From assembly GCA_045862895.1 (NCBI GenBank), contig BTUO01000006.1:1-64000 (forward strand): DNA of 64,000 nt. The letters run 5' to 3'. This DNA is from Acidobacteriota bacterium. GTDB lineage: Bacteria; Acidobacteriota; Thermoanaerobaculia; Multivoradales; JAGPDF01. The notes under the pieces were generated by a model. That model saw nothing but the letters and a program-made list of their open reading frames with translations, was not told the origin of the DNA and ran no database searches. The position numbers and the translations under genes were made by a program. Shown piece by piece: positions 18,248 to 27,984 of this stretch; within the stretch, counting starts at the first letter, position 1, and every line of letters begins with the position of its first letter.

Positions 18248-19396
18248 ATGTCGCTTCTGAAGTGGATTCGCGTGCTGCACGGCCAGCGGGTAGTCGTCTA
18301 TCGCGACGGTTGCCCGGTCGAGCTGCTGCGTCCGGGGCGCCACCTGCGTCTGGCGCTCGGGGGCGGGCTCGGCATCGAGCGGTTCTCGACGCGCGAGCCG
18401 TGGGTCGAGTCGATCTTCCTCGAGGAGATCGCGCGGTCCGGCGTGCTCGCCGGCGAAGCGGTCGTGCTCGACCTCGCCGCCGGCGAGCGGGCGATCGTGA
18501 AGATCGACGGCCGTTACGCCGGCGTGCGCGGAGAGGGCGTCTGGGCGGTCTGGACCGCCGACCGCAAGGTCGAGGTCGAGCGCTTCGCGATCGGCTTCGG
18601 GGCGCCGGGTGCCGGGCCGGAGCGGGATCCGCTCCGGCTCGAGCACCCGGCCCTGGCGGCGATCGTCCAGCTGCCGGGCGCGCGCGAGCAGCTCGAGGTC
18701 GCGGTCGTGCCGGCCGGCTCGACGGGGCTCGTCCTCGTCGACGGCCGGCCGCTCGCCTCCGGCGCCGAGATCGGCCCGGGCCTGGTCGCGTTCTGGAAGG
18801 GCGCCGGCAAGGTCCAGGTGGTGATCGTCGACCGGCGCGAGCAGACGCTCGACGTCGCCGGTCAGGAGATCCTGACCGCCGACCAGGTGACGCTGCGTCT
18901 CAACGCCCTCGTCGTCCACCGCGTGGTGGACGCCGTGCGCGCGGTGACCGGCGTCGACAATTTCGGGCAGGCGCTCTACCGCCAGGCGCAGCTGGTGCTG
19001 CGCGCGGTGGTGGGGGCGCGCGAGCTGGCGACGTTTCTCGCGGGCAAGGAAGAGGTCGTCTCCGAGCTCCGGGAGTCGCTCGCCGCGCGCGCCGCGGAGT
19101 TGGGGGTCGAGGTACTGGCCTTCGGCATCCGCGACGTGATCCTGCCGGGGGAGATGAAGGAGATCCTGAACCGCGTCGTCGAGGCGCGCAAGCTGGCGGA
19201 GGCGGCGCTGGTCACCCGGCGCGAGGAGACGGCCGCGATCCGCATGCAGGCGAACACCGCCCGGATCTTCGAGTCGAACCCGACGCTGCTCCGGCTGCGC
19301 GAGCTCGAAGTGCTCGAGCGGGTCGCCGACAAGGCGAACCTGACCGTGGTCCTCGGCGAGGGCGGCCTCTCCGAGCGCGTCGTCAAGATGCTGTGA
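18248..19396 (+). CDS. SPFH/band-7 (stomatin/prohibitin-like) domain protein
   Basis: RBS GAAGGAGG upstream. SPFH core (...LEVLAFGIRDVILPGEMKEILNRVVEARKLAEA...). Confidence 0.8.
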   Translation: MSLLKWIRVLHGQRVVVYRDGCPVELLRPGRHLRLALGGGLGIERFSTREPWVESIFLEEIARSGVLAGEAVVLDLAAGERAIVKIDGRYAGVRGEGVWAVWTADRKVEVERFAIGFGAPGAGPERDPLRLEHPALAAIVQLPGAREQLEVAVVPAGSTGLVLVDGRPLASGAEIGPGLVAFWKGAGKVQVVIVDRREQTLDVAGQEILTADQVTLRLNALVVHRVVDAVRAVTGVDNFGQALYRQAQLVLRAVVGARELATFLAGKEEVVSELRESLAARAAELGVEVLAFGIRDVILPGEMKEILNRVVEARKLAEAALVTRREETAAIRMQANTARIFESNPTLLRLRELEVLERVADKANLTVVLGEGGLSERVVKML

Positions 19397-19490
19397 GAAT
19401 CAGGGGCCCGCCCCGGCGCCGGAAGCCCGGAGTCGGGACGGTCCCCGCTCTTTCTGAGTCACCCGATCCTCGAGATCGTGGGGAGGTCGC

Positions 19491-20720
19491 ATGATCGTTT
19501 TCGGTTCGCACGAGAAGAACACCCTCGACCAGCTCGCCGACGTCGCCTCGCGCGCCGAGCGCGTGGCGCTGATGGCGGACGGTCACCTCGGCTACATCAT
19601 GCCGGTGGGCGGGGTCGCGGCGTACCGCGACCGCGTGTCGGTCGCCGGCGTAGGATTCGACATCGCCTGCGGCAACTGCGCGATGCGCACCGACCTCGCG
19701 GTCACCGACTTCCCGCGGCCGCGGCTCGAGGCGCTCGCGGACCGGATCCGGTCGACGATCTCGTTCGGGGTCGGTCGGACCAACCGCGCCGACGACGCGC
19801 CGGTCGACCACCCGTTGTTCGACGACGAGGCCTGGTCGGCGGTTCCGGCGCCGCCGCGGGAGCGCGAGAAGCTGCGCCGCCTGGCGCGCGAGCAGCTCGG
19901 CACGGTCGGGTCGGGCAACCACTACGTCGACGTCTTCGCGGACGAGGAGGGGATCCTCTGGGTCGGCGTCCACTTCGGCTCGCGCGGACTGGGTCACACC
20001 ATCGCTTCCGGCTTCATGTCGATCGGCGCGGGCAGGTCCTGGGGCGAGCGGGTTCCCGAGGCCGAGTCGCTGTTCGAGCTCGGCTCGGACGCGGGCGAGC
20101 GCTACTGGCGGCTGATGGAGCTCGCCGGGCTGTACGCCTACGCCGGGCGCGAGTGGGTCTGCCGCAAGGTGGCGGTCGAGCTCGCCGGCGGCGAGGTCAC
20201 CGAGGTCGTCCACAACCACCACAACTTCGCCTGGCGCGAGAAGCACTTCGGCGAGGAGCTGGTGGTCGTGCGCAAGGGGGCGACGCCGGCCTTCCCGGGG
20301 CAGCCGGGATTCGTCGGCGGGTCGATGACCGACCTGTCGGTGATCCTGCGCGGTGCCGAGGCGACCACGGACGCCCAGCGCTCGGCGCTGTTCTCGACCG
20401 TGCACGGAGCGGGTCGCGTGATGTCGAGGAGCGAGGCGGCCGGCAAGCGCCATCGCTTCGGTCCGAAGGCGGGGCAGCTCGTGCTCGACGAGAGCGGGGC
20501 GCCGAAGCGTCCGGGCAAGGTGAGCGACGAGATGCTGCGCTCGGCGGTCGACGAGGCCGGCATCGTCCTGCGCGGCGCCGGGCCGGACGAGAGCCCGTTC
20601 GTCTATCGCCGGCTCGAGTCGGTTCTCGCCGCCCAGCCGGGCATCGAGATCCTCCACCGCCTGCGCCCCCTGGTCGTCGTCATGGCCGGCGCCGACGAGC
20701 TCGATCCCTACAAGGACTGA
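19491..20720 (+). CDS. rtcB: RtcB family RNA ligase
   Basis: Motifs GHLGYIMPVGGV, DIACGNC, NHYVDV and STVHGAGR. Confidence 0.85.
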   Translation: MIVFGSHEKNTLDQLADVASRAERVALMADGHLGYIMPVGGVAAYRDRVSVAGVGFDIACGNCAMRTDLAVTDFPRPRLEALADRIRSTISFGVGRTNRADDAPVDHPLFDDEAWSAVPAPPREREKLRRLAREQLGTVGSGNHYVDVFADEEGILWVGVHFGSRGLGHTIASGFMSIGAGRSWGERVPEAESLFELGSDAGERYWRLMELAGLYAYAGREWVCRKVAVELAGGEVTEVVHNHHNFAWREKHFGEELVVVRKGATPAFPGQPGFVGGSMTDLSVILRGAEATTDAQRSALFSTVHGAGRVMSRSEAAGKRHRFGPKAGQLVLDESGAPKRPGKVSDEMLRSAVDEAGIVLRGAGPDESPFVYRRLESVLAAQPGIEILHRLRPLVVVMAGADELDPYKD

Positions 20721-20731
20721 GCTCGATCACC

Positions 20732-20754
20732 GGTGACAGCCCCCGATTCTCCAG
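20732..20754 (+). repeat. intergenic motif GGTGACAGCCCCC-GATTCTCCAG (copy b) with inverted partner GGGGGCTGTCAC at 20822-20833
   Basis: Read directly, between rtcB and the phosphoesterase gene. Confidence 0.8.
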
Positions 20755-20848
20755 CGCCTTGGATCGACCCGTCCTCTCGAGAGGTCGGTCCGATCGGGAG
20801 CCTGGCGAACGAAGCGACAGCGGGGGCTGTCACGCATTCTTCAATAGA

Positions 20849-22225
20849 GTGGTGGGCGTGAGCGGCTTCGGGGTCCGTCAGGTCGGGGCGGTCGGCGCAA
20901 TGCTCCTCGCGGTTGCCGCGACTCCGCTCGGCGCCGCGGCCATCACGCGCGGCCCCTACCTGCAGCGGGTGTCGCGCTCCGAGGCGATCGTCCGCTGGCG
21001 GACCGATGTCCCGACCTTCGGGCGGGTCTGGTGGGGGAACGCACCGGGGGCGCTGGAGCTCGACGCGACGTCGCCCTTCGCGACCACCGAACACCGGATG
21101 GTGATCGGTGCCCTCTCGCCCCGGCAGACGGTCTACTACGCGGTCGGCGACGCCACGGGCGTGCTCGCCGGTGACGACGCCGACCACCGGTTCGTCACCG
21201 CGCGCTCGGCCGGAGACTGGCGGCCGCTGCGGCTCTGGGTGCTCGGCGATTCGGGGACCGCCGACGCCGGCGCGATCGCGGTGCGCGACGGCTTCGCCAC
21301 CTTCGCTGGAGGCGCCCCGCCGGATCTCTGGATGATGCTCGGTGACAACGCCTACTCGACCGGCACCGACGCCGAGTACGAGGCGGCGGTCTTCGACCTG
21401 TATCCGGAGACGCTGCGCGCTGCCTCGCTCTGGCCGGCGCTCGGCAACCACGACGCGTTCTCGTCGGATTCTCCGACGCAGTCCGGTCCTTACTTCTCGA
21501 GCTTCTCGCTGCCGCGCGGCGGACAGGCCGGCGGCCGCCCGTCCGGCACCGAGGCCTGGTACTCGTTCGAAGCGGGACAGGCGCACCTGGTGGTGCTCGA
21601 CACCGCCGATTCGAGCCTCGCGCCCGGCTCGCCGATGCTGGCGTGGCTCGACCTGGACCTGGCCGCCAACCGGCGTCCGTGGACGATCGTCGCGTTCCAC
21701 CATCCGCCGTACACCAAGGGCTCCCACGACAGCGACGACCCGGCCGACTCGGACGGCCGGATGATCGCGGTGCGCGAGCGGGTGCTGCCGATCCTCGAGG
21801 CGCGCGGGGTCGACCTGGTGCTCTCGGGGCACAGCCACGGCTACGAGCGCTCGTTCCTGCTCGACGGTCACTACGGACCGTCGGTCAGCTTCGAGCCCTG
21901 GATGCGGCTCGACGCCGGCGACGGCGACCCCGACGGCGACGGCCCCTATCGCAAGTCGCTCGGCGCGCACGGCGGCACCGTCTACGTGGTCGCGGGTTCG
22001 AGCGGCAGCGTCCAGGGGACGATCGAGGCGCACCCGGCGATCGCGGTCGGTCTCGAGGCGCTCGGCTCGGTGGTGATCGACGTCGCCTCGAACCGGCTCG
22101 ACGTCCGCTTCGTGACGGTGACGGGCGCGGTCGCCGACCACTTCGCGCTCCTCGACGGCGACCTCGTCTTCGCGGACGGCTTCGAAGCGGGCGACGGGTC
22201 GGCCTGGGACCCGCCTTCGCCCTGA
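20849..22225 (+). CDS. secreted metallophosphoesterase (purple-acid-phosphatase-like), tagged
   Basis: GTG start. Motifs GDSGTAD, GDNAY, GNHD, HHPPY and GHSHGYER. Ends ...LVFADGFEAGDGSAWDPPSP. Confidence 0.75.
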   Translation: MVGVSGFGVRQVGAVGAMLLAVAATPLGAAAITRGPYLQRVSRSEAIVRWRTDVPTFGRVWWGNAPGALELDATSPFATTEHRMVIGALSPRQTVYYAVGDATGVLAGDDADHRFVTARSAGDWRPLRLWVLGDSGTADAGAIAVRDGFATFAGGAPPDLWMMLGDNAYSTGTDAEYEAAVFDLYPETLRAASLWPALGNHDAFSSDSPTQSGPYFSSFSLPRGGQAGGRPSGTEAWYSFEAGQAHLVVLDTADSSLAPGSPMLAWLDLDLAANRRPWTIVAFHHPPYTKGSHDSDDPADSDGRMIAVRERVLPILEARGVDLVLSGHSHGYERSFLLDGHYGPSVSFEPWMRLDAGDGDPDGDGPYRKSLGAHGGTVYVVAGSSGSVQGTIEAHPAIAVGLEALGSVVIDVASNRLDVRFVTVTGAVADHFALLDGDLVFADGFEAGDGSAWDPPSP

Positions 22226-22300
22226 CCCTCGGGGTCCGCTCCCGGTGTCCCGGCGCTGGTCGAAGCGCGGTGGCTGCACCGAGGACCGGAACTCAGGAAT

Positions 22301-22333
22301 CTGGAGAATGACCGTTCGACGGGGGCTGACACC
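22301..22333 (-). repeat. degenerate inverse copy of the motif (CTGGAGAAT-N11-GGGGGCTGACACC)
   Basis: Read directly; ~130 bp upstream of the 22460 start. Confidence 0.5.
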
Positions 22334-22459
22334 ACTTCTTCTCGCATGACAGGCGACCGGCAGTCCGGGGACGGTCTCCGGGTCGGCGGCGGGGTGGCCG
22401 CAGGGGTCCCCGGATCGCGTACTCCAGGGGTGAGTCACCTCGGGTGGCGGGGAGGGGCA

Positions 22460-23071
22460 ATGCGGAACCCACGCTGGTGGTCGCTGGTTTGGCTCGTCGG
22501 CATCTCGGTATCTCCTTCGGCGGCGCAGAATGCGCTGCTCAACCCTGACTTCGGCGTGGACGTCGCCGGCTGGCAGACCTTTCTCGGCAGCCTCGATCTC
22601 GACCCGATGCACGAAGACGCCGACGGCTGTCCCGAATCGTCGAGCGGCCGGCTGGTCGCCGCATCGCAGTCCGGCCCCGAGTTTCTCGGTCTGCTGCAGG
22701 CGACCGACTCGTGCCTCGACGTCGCTCCCCTCCAGGAGGTATGGATCGACGCGACGCTCTGGCTGCGCAGCGCCGGATTCGTCGCGGTCGGCTTGATCCT
22801 CCTCGAGTACACGGACGATGCCTGTACGACGTTCCTCGATCCGCCGGTCCAGACGGCGATCGAGCTCTCCGTCGGCTCGACTCCGGAGGCAGAGCATCTG
22901 TCGGTCACGACTTCGGCGGGAGTCGAGTCGGTCGGCCTGCAGATCGATACGGGGGCGATCGTCCCGAACGCTCTCCTGCTCGACCGGCTCTATCTCGGCA
23001 CCGCCGAGCGGGTTTTCGCGGACGACTTCGAAGGCGGCTCGACCTGTCGCTGGAGCGCCGGAGCGATCTGA
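22460..23071 (+). CDS. secreted CBM4_9-like jelly-roll domain protein, tagged
   Basis: Signal peptide MRNPRWWSLVWLVGISVSPSAAQ. The mature protein starts NALLNPDFGVDVAGWQ and ends ...VFADDFEGGSTCRWSAGAI. Confidence 0.6.
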   Translation: MRNPRWWSLVWLVGISVSPSAAQNALLNPDFGVDVAGWQTFLGSLDLDPMHEDADGCPESSSGRLVAASQSGPEFLGLLQATDSCLDVAPLQEVWIDATLWLRSAGFVAVGLILLEYTDDACTTFLDPPVQTAIELSVGSTPEAEHLSVTTSAGVESVGLQIDTGAIVPNALLLDRLYLGTAERVFADDFEGGSTCRWSAGAI

Positions 23072-23503
23072 CGGAAGCCGGGGCGACGAGAAACTGCGTG
23101 CACGGCCATCGCAGGGCGGGGGGTCGCAGCTGCGAAGTCTCCGGTCAAGACGCCGCCGGACTCTGAATCGCGAAGGAGCGGTGGAACGGTTGGCCGTTGC
23201 CAGTTCGTCAGCGGCTGCCCATGGCGCCAGCCCCTAATCCGACGAAGCGCCCGAATCGGTTTCCTCGCGGGTCCCCGTCGAGTAGGTAGTCCTGGAGAAC
23301 GGGCAGTCGGTAGGGCAGTCACGATCTCCTGCTCGCGCCAACGGAAGGGTCTCGTGGACGCCAGCCGGAGGTCGGACTTTCAGCCGGAATGGTTCAACAG
23401 TCGCCGATCGTGAACAGAGCCGGTATGCGAGCGAGTAGCGTGGGTCTTTCGTTTCGAGTAGCGTCCATGACGTCGAGAGATCCTCGCACGGAGGAGGTGG
23501 ATC

Positions 23504-24778
23504 TTGCTCCGATTGCATCCATGTGCAAGTCGCATCGCAGCCTTCTCTTGCCTCGCGGGTGCTGTAGGCAGTATTTCGAAGGGCCAGCTACTCGGGCCCG
23601 AGTTTCAAGTGAATACGTACACCACTAGCTCGCAAGAACGGCCGGCAGTTGCCGCGATCGGGGATGAGAGCTTCGTGGTCGTGTGGGAAAGCTACGGCCA
23701 GGACGGTTGGCACCTGGGGGTTTTCGGACAGCGCTTCGGCGACGGAGCGCAGCCAATCGGAAGCGAATTTCAAGTCAACTCGATGACGGTCGGCAGGCAG
23801 TTCCGAGTCGCGGTGGCCGCCGAACCGAGCGGCGAGTTCGTGGTGGCCTGGGAGAGCTACTACGCGAACGACACGGATGTCTTCGCTCGTCGTTTCGATT
23901 CCGAGGGCAACCCAGAAGGGGAGGAGTTCCAGGTCAACAGCCGAACATCGGGTGGGCACTGCTGCGTCGACGTTCATCGGGATGGCCAGGGCGGCTTTGT
24001 TGCTCTCTGGGAGAACACTCTCTATCCCTCTCCATCCGAGATTCTCTTCCGTCGATTCGATTCCAGCGGCGTACCAATGGGCGAAGAGGTCTCCGTTGCA
24101 GGCGGCCATCCGTTGATTGGATCGCCGCGTGCCTCGATGCTCGGAATAGAAGGCTTGGCGGTGGTTTGGGAAGACCGCCCAGGGACCGATTGGGACGTGC
24201 TGGCCCGTCGCTTGGATCCGACGGGACAGCCATTGGGTGAAGCGTTCGTCGTCAGCAGTCAAGCGACGTACAATCAAAGTTCTCCGAGTGTCGGAGCGGA
24301 CTCTGAGGGAAACTTCGTCGTGGTCTGGAACTCGACGATCGGTGGTACGGAGCAAGGCTTCGGGAGGCGATTCAGTTCGACAGGCAGCGCTCTGGGAGAC
24401 GAGTTCGCGATCAACTCCTTCTACCCCTGGAGCGAATGGGAGATAGACCCTGTCGTGGCAGTTGATGGTTCGGGATCCTTCCTGGTCACGTGGCTACCTT
24501 GGGGCGTGGACGAAATCCTTGGTCAGCGGTTTCGTCCGACCGGCGCTCCGGCGGGAAACCGATTTCAAATCAACGAGTACACGCCCGGGCATCAGATGCA
24601 TTCCGCCGTTGCGGCGAACGGCGCCGGGGACTTCGTGATCGTATGGGACAGCTACGGCCAAGACGGTTCACGACACGGAGTGTGGGGGAGACGACTCCGG
24701 ATGCCGTACTTCGCTGACGGCTTCGAATCCGCGGATGTCTGCGAATGGAGTGCGACATTGGGCGGTGACTGCGTGTGA
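23504..24778 (+). CDS. secreted protein of seven ~53-aa repeats (EFQVN-Y-T-G-Q...FVVVW-S-GQDG...GVFGRRF), probable beta-propeller, tagged
   Basis: TTG start plus signal peptide. Seven tandem repeats are readable in the translation. Ends ...MPYFADGFESADVCEWSATLGGDCV. Confidence 0.7.
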   Translation: MLRLHPCASRIAAFSCLAGAVGSISKGQLLGPEFQVNTYTTSSQERPAVAAIGDESFVVVWESYGQDGWHLGVFGQRFGDGAQPIGSEFQVNSMTVGRQFRVAVAAEPSGEFVVAWESYYANDTDVFARRFDSEGNPEGEEFQVNSRTSGGHCCVDVHRDGQGGFVALWENTLYPSPSEILFRRFDSSGVPMGEEVSVAGGHPLIGSPRASMLGIEGLAVVWEDRPGTDWDVLARRLDPTGQPLGEAFVVSSQATYNQSSPSVGADSEGNFVVVWNSTIGGTEQGFGRRFSSTGSALGDEFAINSFYPWSEWEIDPVVAVDGSGSFLVTWLPWGVDEILGQRFRPTGAPAGNRFQINEYTPGHQMHSAVAANGAGDFVIVWDSYGQDGSRHGVWGRRLRMPYFADGFESADVCEWSATLGGDCV

Positions 24779-24936
24779 CCACGGGCTCCTTCGACATCGC
24801 CGTAGTCGCTGACGGACGTCCTACGTCGCATCCTGCAACCGTCGAGGCGTGGCAGAGTCAGGTTCGCGTCAAGGGCCTTCGGTCAGCGTCCTCCTGAGTA
24901 TTCTCGGGGGCCCCAGCGGACGCCCCGGGGATCGAT

Positions 24937-25063
24937 GGTGGCAGCTCCCGATTCTCCGGAGCTCTGGAGTCCCTCTCCTCCAGGGATGTCCTGGATGCCA
25001 GGATTCTGGGAGGTGGGAGCTGTCACCCTTTCAAGGAAATCGGTGGCTGCCCCCGATTCTTCG
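24937..25063 (+). repeat. composite of three motif copies (GGTGGCAGCTCCC-GATTCTCCGG; inverse GGGAGCTGTCACC; GGTGGCTGCCCCC-GATTCTTCG)
   Basis: Read directly, immediately upstream of the 25076 GTG start. Confidence 0.7.
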
Positions 25064-25075
25064 TAGGATCGGAGG

Positions 25076-26224
25076 GTGAGTCTCGAGGAGCGGTTGCGGC
25101 GATGGTTCGGCGACGACGAGCCGACGCGGCTCGGGTCCGGGTGGACGAGCGGCGTGCTGGCGGTCTTCCTCGGCGCGGTCGGGCTCGCGGCGGTGGTCTG
25201 CTTCCATTTCCCGTCGCTGTTGACGATGCCGGAGCTGCGCGCGGTCTATCCGATGCGGCTGGTGCGCACGGCGGTCGAGATCGTGATCGGCGCCGCGTTC
25301 CTGCTCGGGCTGCTGAGCCTCGCGCTGCGCCGGCGCAAGGTGCTCGGGACGACCGGCGTCGCGCTCGCGCTCGCCGCCGGGCTCGCCGGCGGCGGGGCGG
25401 TCGAGGTCGACGGGCCGGTCGCGAGGTCGCCCTACCTCGGGCTCGACTGGTTCCTGCTCAACATCCTGATGCTCTGCGTCGTCTTCGTGCCGCTCGAGAA
25501 GCTGGTCCCGCTGCGCCCGCGCGGCTTCTTCCGCGCCGGCTGGGCGACCGACGGCGTCTACTTCCTCGCCAGCCACCTGCTGGTGCAGGTCTCGACGCTG
25601 CTGACGCTGGCGCCCGCCACCGTGCTGTTCGCCTGGGCGCGCAGCGAGCGGGTGACCGCGGCGGTGGCGGCGTGGCCCGTGCTCGTTCAGTTCGTCGCGA
25701 TCGTGCTGGTCGCCGATCTCGCCGAGTACGGCATCCACCGGCTCTTCCACCGCGTCCCCTGGCTCTGGCCGTTCCACGAGGTCCACCACTCGAGCCGCGA
25801 GATGGACTGGCTGGCCGGCTCGCGGCTCCACCTGGTCGACGTCGTCGCGACGCGCGGCTTCACCTTCCTGCCCATCCACCTGCTCGGCTTCGAGCGCGGG
25901 CCGGTCGTCGCCTACCTCGCGTTCGTGTCGGTGCACGCCGTGTTCATCCACGCCAACGTGCGTCTGCGCTTCGGCGGACTCGAGCGGCTGGTGGTGACGC
26001 CGCACTTCCACCACTGGCACCACGCCGAGGAGCGCGCGGCGGTCGACAGGAACTTCGCCGTCCACTTCCCGTGGATCGATCGCCTGTTCGGCACCTTTCA
26101 CGCGCCGCTCGAGCGCTGGCCCGAGCGCTACGGCGTCGCGCCCGATCGCGTCCCCGACGGCTACCTGGCGCAGCTCGCCTTCCCGTTCGCGCCGACCCCC
26201 GACGAGACCGAACCATCGCGTTGA
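25076..26224 (+). CDS. sterol desaturase / fatty-acid hydroxylase superfamily membrane protein
   Basis: His boxes HRLFHRV, HEVHHSSREMDW and HHWHH; multiple TM helices. Confidence 0.75.
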   Translation: MSLEERLRRWFGDDEPTRLGSGWTSGVLAVFLGAVGLAAVVCFHFPSLLTMPELRAVYPMRLVRTAVEIVIGAAFLLGLLSLALRRRKVLGTTGVALALAAGLAGGGAVEVDGPVARSPYLGLDWFLLNILMLCVVFVPLEKLVPLRPRGFFRAGWATDGVYFLASHLLVQVSTLLTLAPATVLFAWARSERVTAAVAAWPVLVQFVAIVLVADLAEYGIHRLFHRVPWLWPFHEVHHSSREMDWLAGSRLHLVDVVATRGFTFLPIHLLGFERGPVVAYLAFVSVHAVFIHANVRLRFGGLERLVVTPHFHHWHHAEERAAVDRNFAVHFPWIDRLFGTFHAPLERWPERYGVAPDRVPDGYLAQLAFPFAPTPDETEPSR

Positions 26225-26488
26225 AGGCGTCGTGGCCGATCCGCGGAAGCGGACCGGATCTCGAGCTCGCCGGCCTCTCGCACGACTTCCGGGAATCCGC
26301 GACCGGCGGCGTTCCATCCCGCGGCGGGGACTGTCCGAACGACCGAGGGGTGCGCGGTGCCGAAGCCCTCCCCGGCGAGGCGGGCCCCTGCCGCCCCCGC
26401 GGGGCGTGGCGGTGCTCGGCAGAGTCTTCATTCTGTCGAAAGCGACTGGGATCCAGGGGGGGGCGAGGGCACGAAGGAGACCGGCTCA

Positions 26489-27921
26489 TGCGCACGGGCA
26501 TCGCAGCGTCCACGTCCTCGATCCTCACCGCCTTCGTCCTCGTCGGCGCGGCGGGCGCCGAGCTGACTCCCGAGTGGATGACGCGGGTCGCCGTCGGCAA
26601 CTCGCTCGCCGCCGGACCGCAAGGACTGGTCGTCCGCGCCGACGGGGTCTCCTTCCAGACCGGCACCACGGGCTCGTCCTCGAACACCGACGTGACGACC
26701 CAGGCGTTCGACACCGACGGTGCGTCGCTCTGGTCGCACACCTTCGACGGTCCCGCCTCCTGGCACGACCAGGCGCGCGGGATCGCGCTCGGCGTCGACG
26801 GCCACGTCTACGTCACCGGCAACACGCCGGGTCCCGGCAGCTACGCCAACCTGCTGGTGCTCGAGTACGACGCGGCGACCGGCGCCCTGGTCGACAGCAT
26901 CCAGCTCGCCGCCGGACAGTGGACGTCGGAACACGGCGCTTCGATCGCGGTCGATGCCGAGGGCAACATCTACGTCGGCGGCGGCACGGTCGGCGACGGC
27001 GGCGACGCGTTGATCGTGTCGTTCGACGCCGAAGGCGACCTGCGCTGGCGCGAGACCTGGGACGGACCGGCGGAGTCGCCCTATTCCGGAGACACCGTCC
27101 TGGAGGTGCTGCTCGCGCCCGACGGCGACCTCGTGACCCTGATCCACGGGGTGATGGGCTCGCTGCATCCCGACTACGTCGTGCGCAAGTACGCCCGGGC
27201 CGACGGCGCGCTGCGCTGGCACTCGACCTGGGGCGTCAATGGTGGCGACTATCCGCGCGATCTCGAGCTCGACGCGCAAGGCGACGTCTACGTCACCGGC
27301 ACCGGCATCGACTTCGTCGACAAGTACTCGACGGTCAAGCTGCGCGGCAGCGACGGCGCGCTGCTCTGGCAGGGCTACGACACGTACGACCATCACAACT
27401 CGGCGACCGCCCTCGCGCTCGACGGCAGCGGCGGCGTCTACGTGACCGGCTCGGTCGACCCGGACGGCGATCGCTCCAACTCGAACGACAACTTCTTCAC
27501 CATCAAGCGCGACGCCGCGACCGGCGAGCACCTGTGGAGCCACCTCTACGGCGCCAACTGCCTGTACTGCTTCGACGCGCCGGCCGACGTCGCCGCCGAT
27601 CCGGCGGGGCACGTCTTCGTCGCGGGCCGGACCTCGTCGCCGCCTTACGCTGCGGACGCCATCCTGCTCGTACTGGATGCCGAGACCGGGCTGGAGCTGG
27701 ATCGCGGCATCGTGGCCGGCGCCAGCCCGAGCGAGGGCGTCGCTCCCGGCATCCTCCTGTTCGACGCCGACTTCGACCTCTACGACGGCGGCAGCTCGAC
27801 CGACTACGACACCGGCCAGATCCAGATGGGCGTCACGAAATGGACCTCGCTCGTCGATCCGATCCTCCGGGACGGGTTCGACGACGGCAGCACCGCGGCG
27901 TGGAGCGCGGTCGTTCCCTGA
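26489..27921 (+). CDS. secreted SBBP-repeat beta-propeller protein, tagged
   Basis: Signal peptide. Repeated D-x-x-G-N/H-V/I-Y-V-T/G-G blades. Ends ...ILRDGFDDGSTAAWSAVVP. Confidence 0.75.
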
Positions 27922-27984
27922 CCCCGGAAGCGCTCCCGCGACTGCGGTAGTCTGCGCCGCCATGACGGCCGGGCGCGACGCCAG

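Noticed and set aside
22346-22459. N-terminal extension (MTGDRQSGDGLRVGGG...) of the jelly-roll gene as listed in the ORF track
   Set aside because: The extension is Gly/Arg-rich and would bury the obvious signal peptide that starts at MRNPRWW (22460). The internal ATG is the more credible start.
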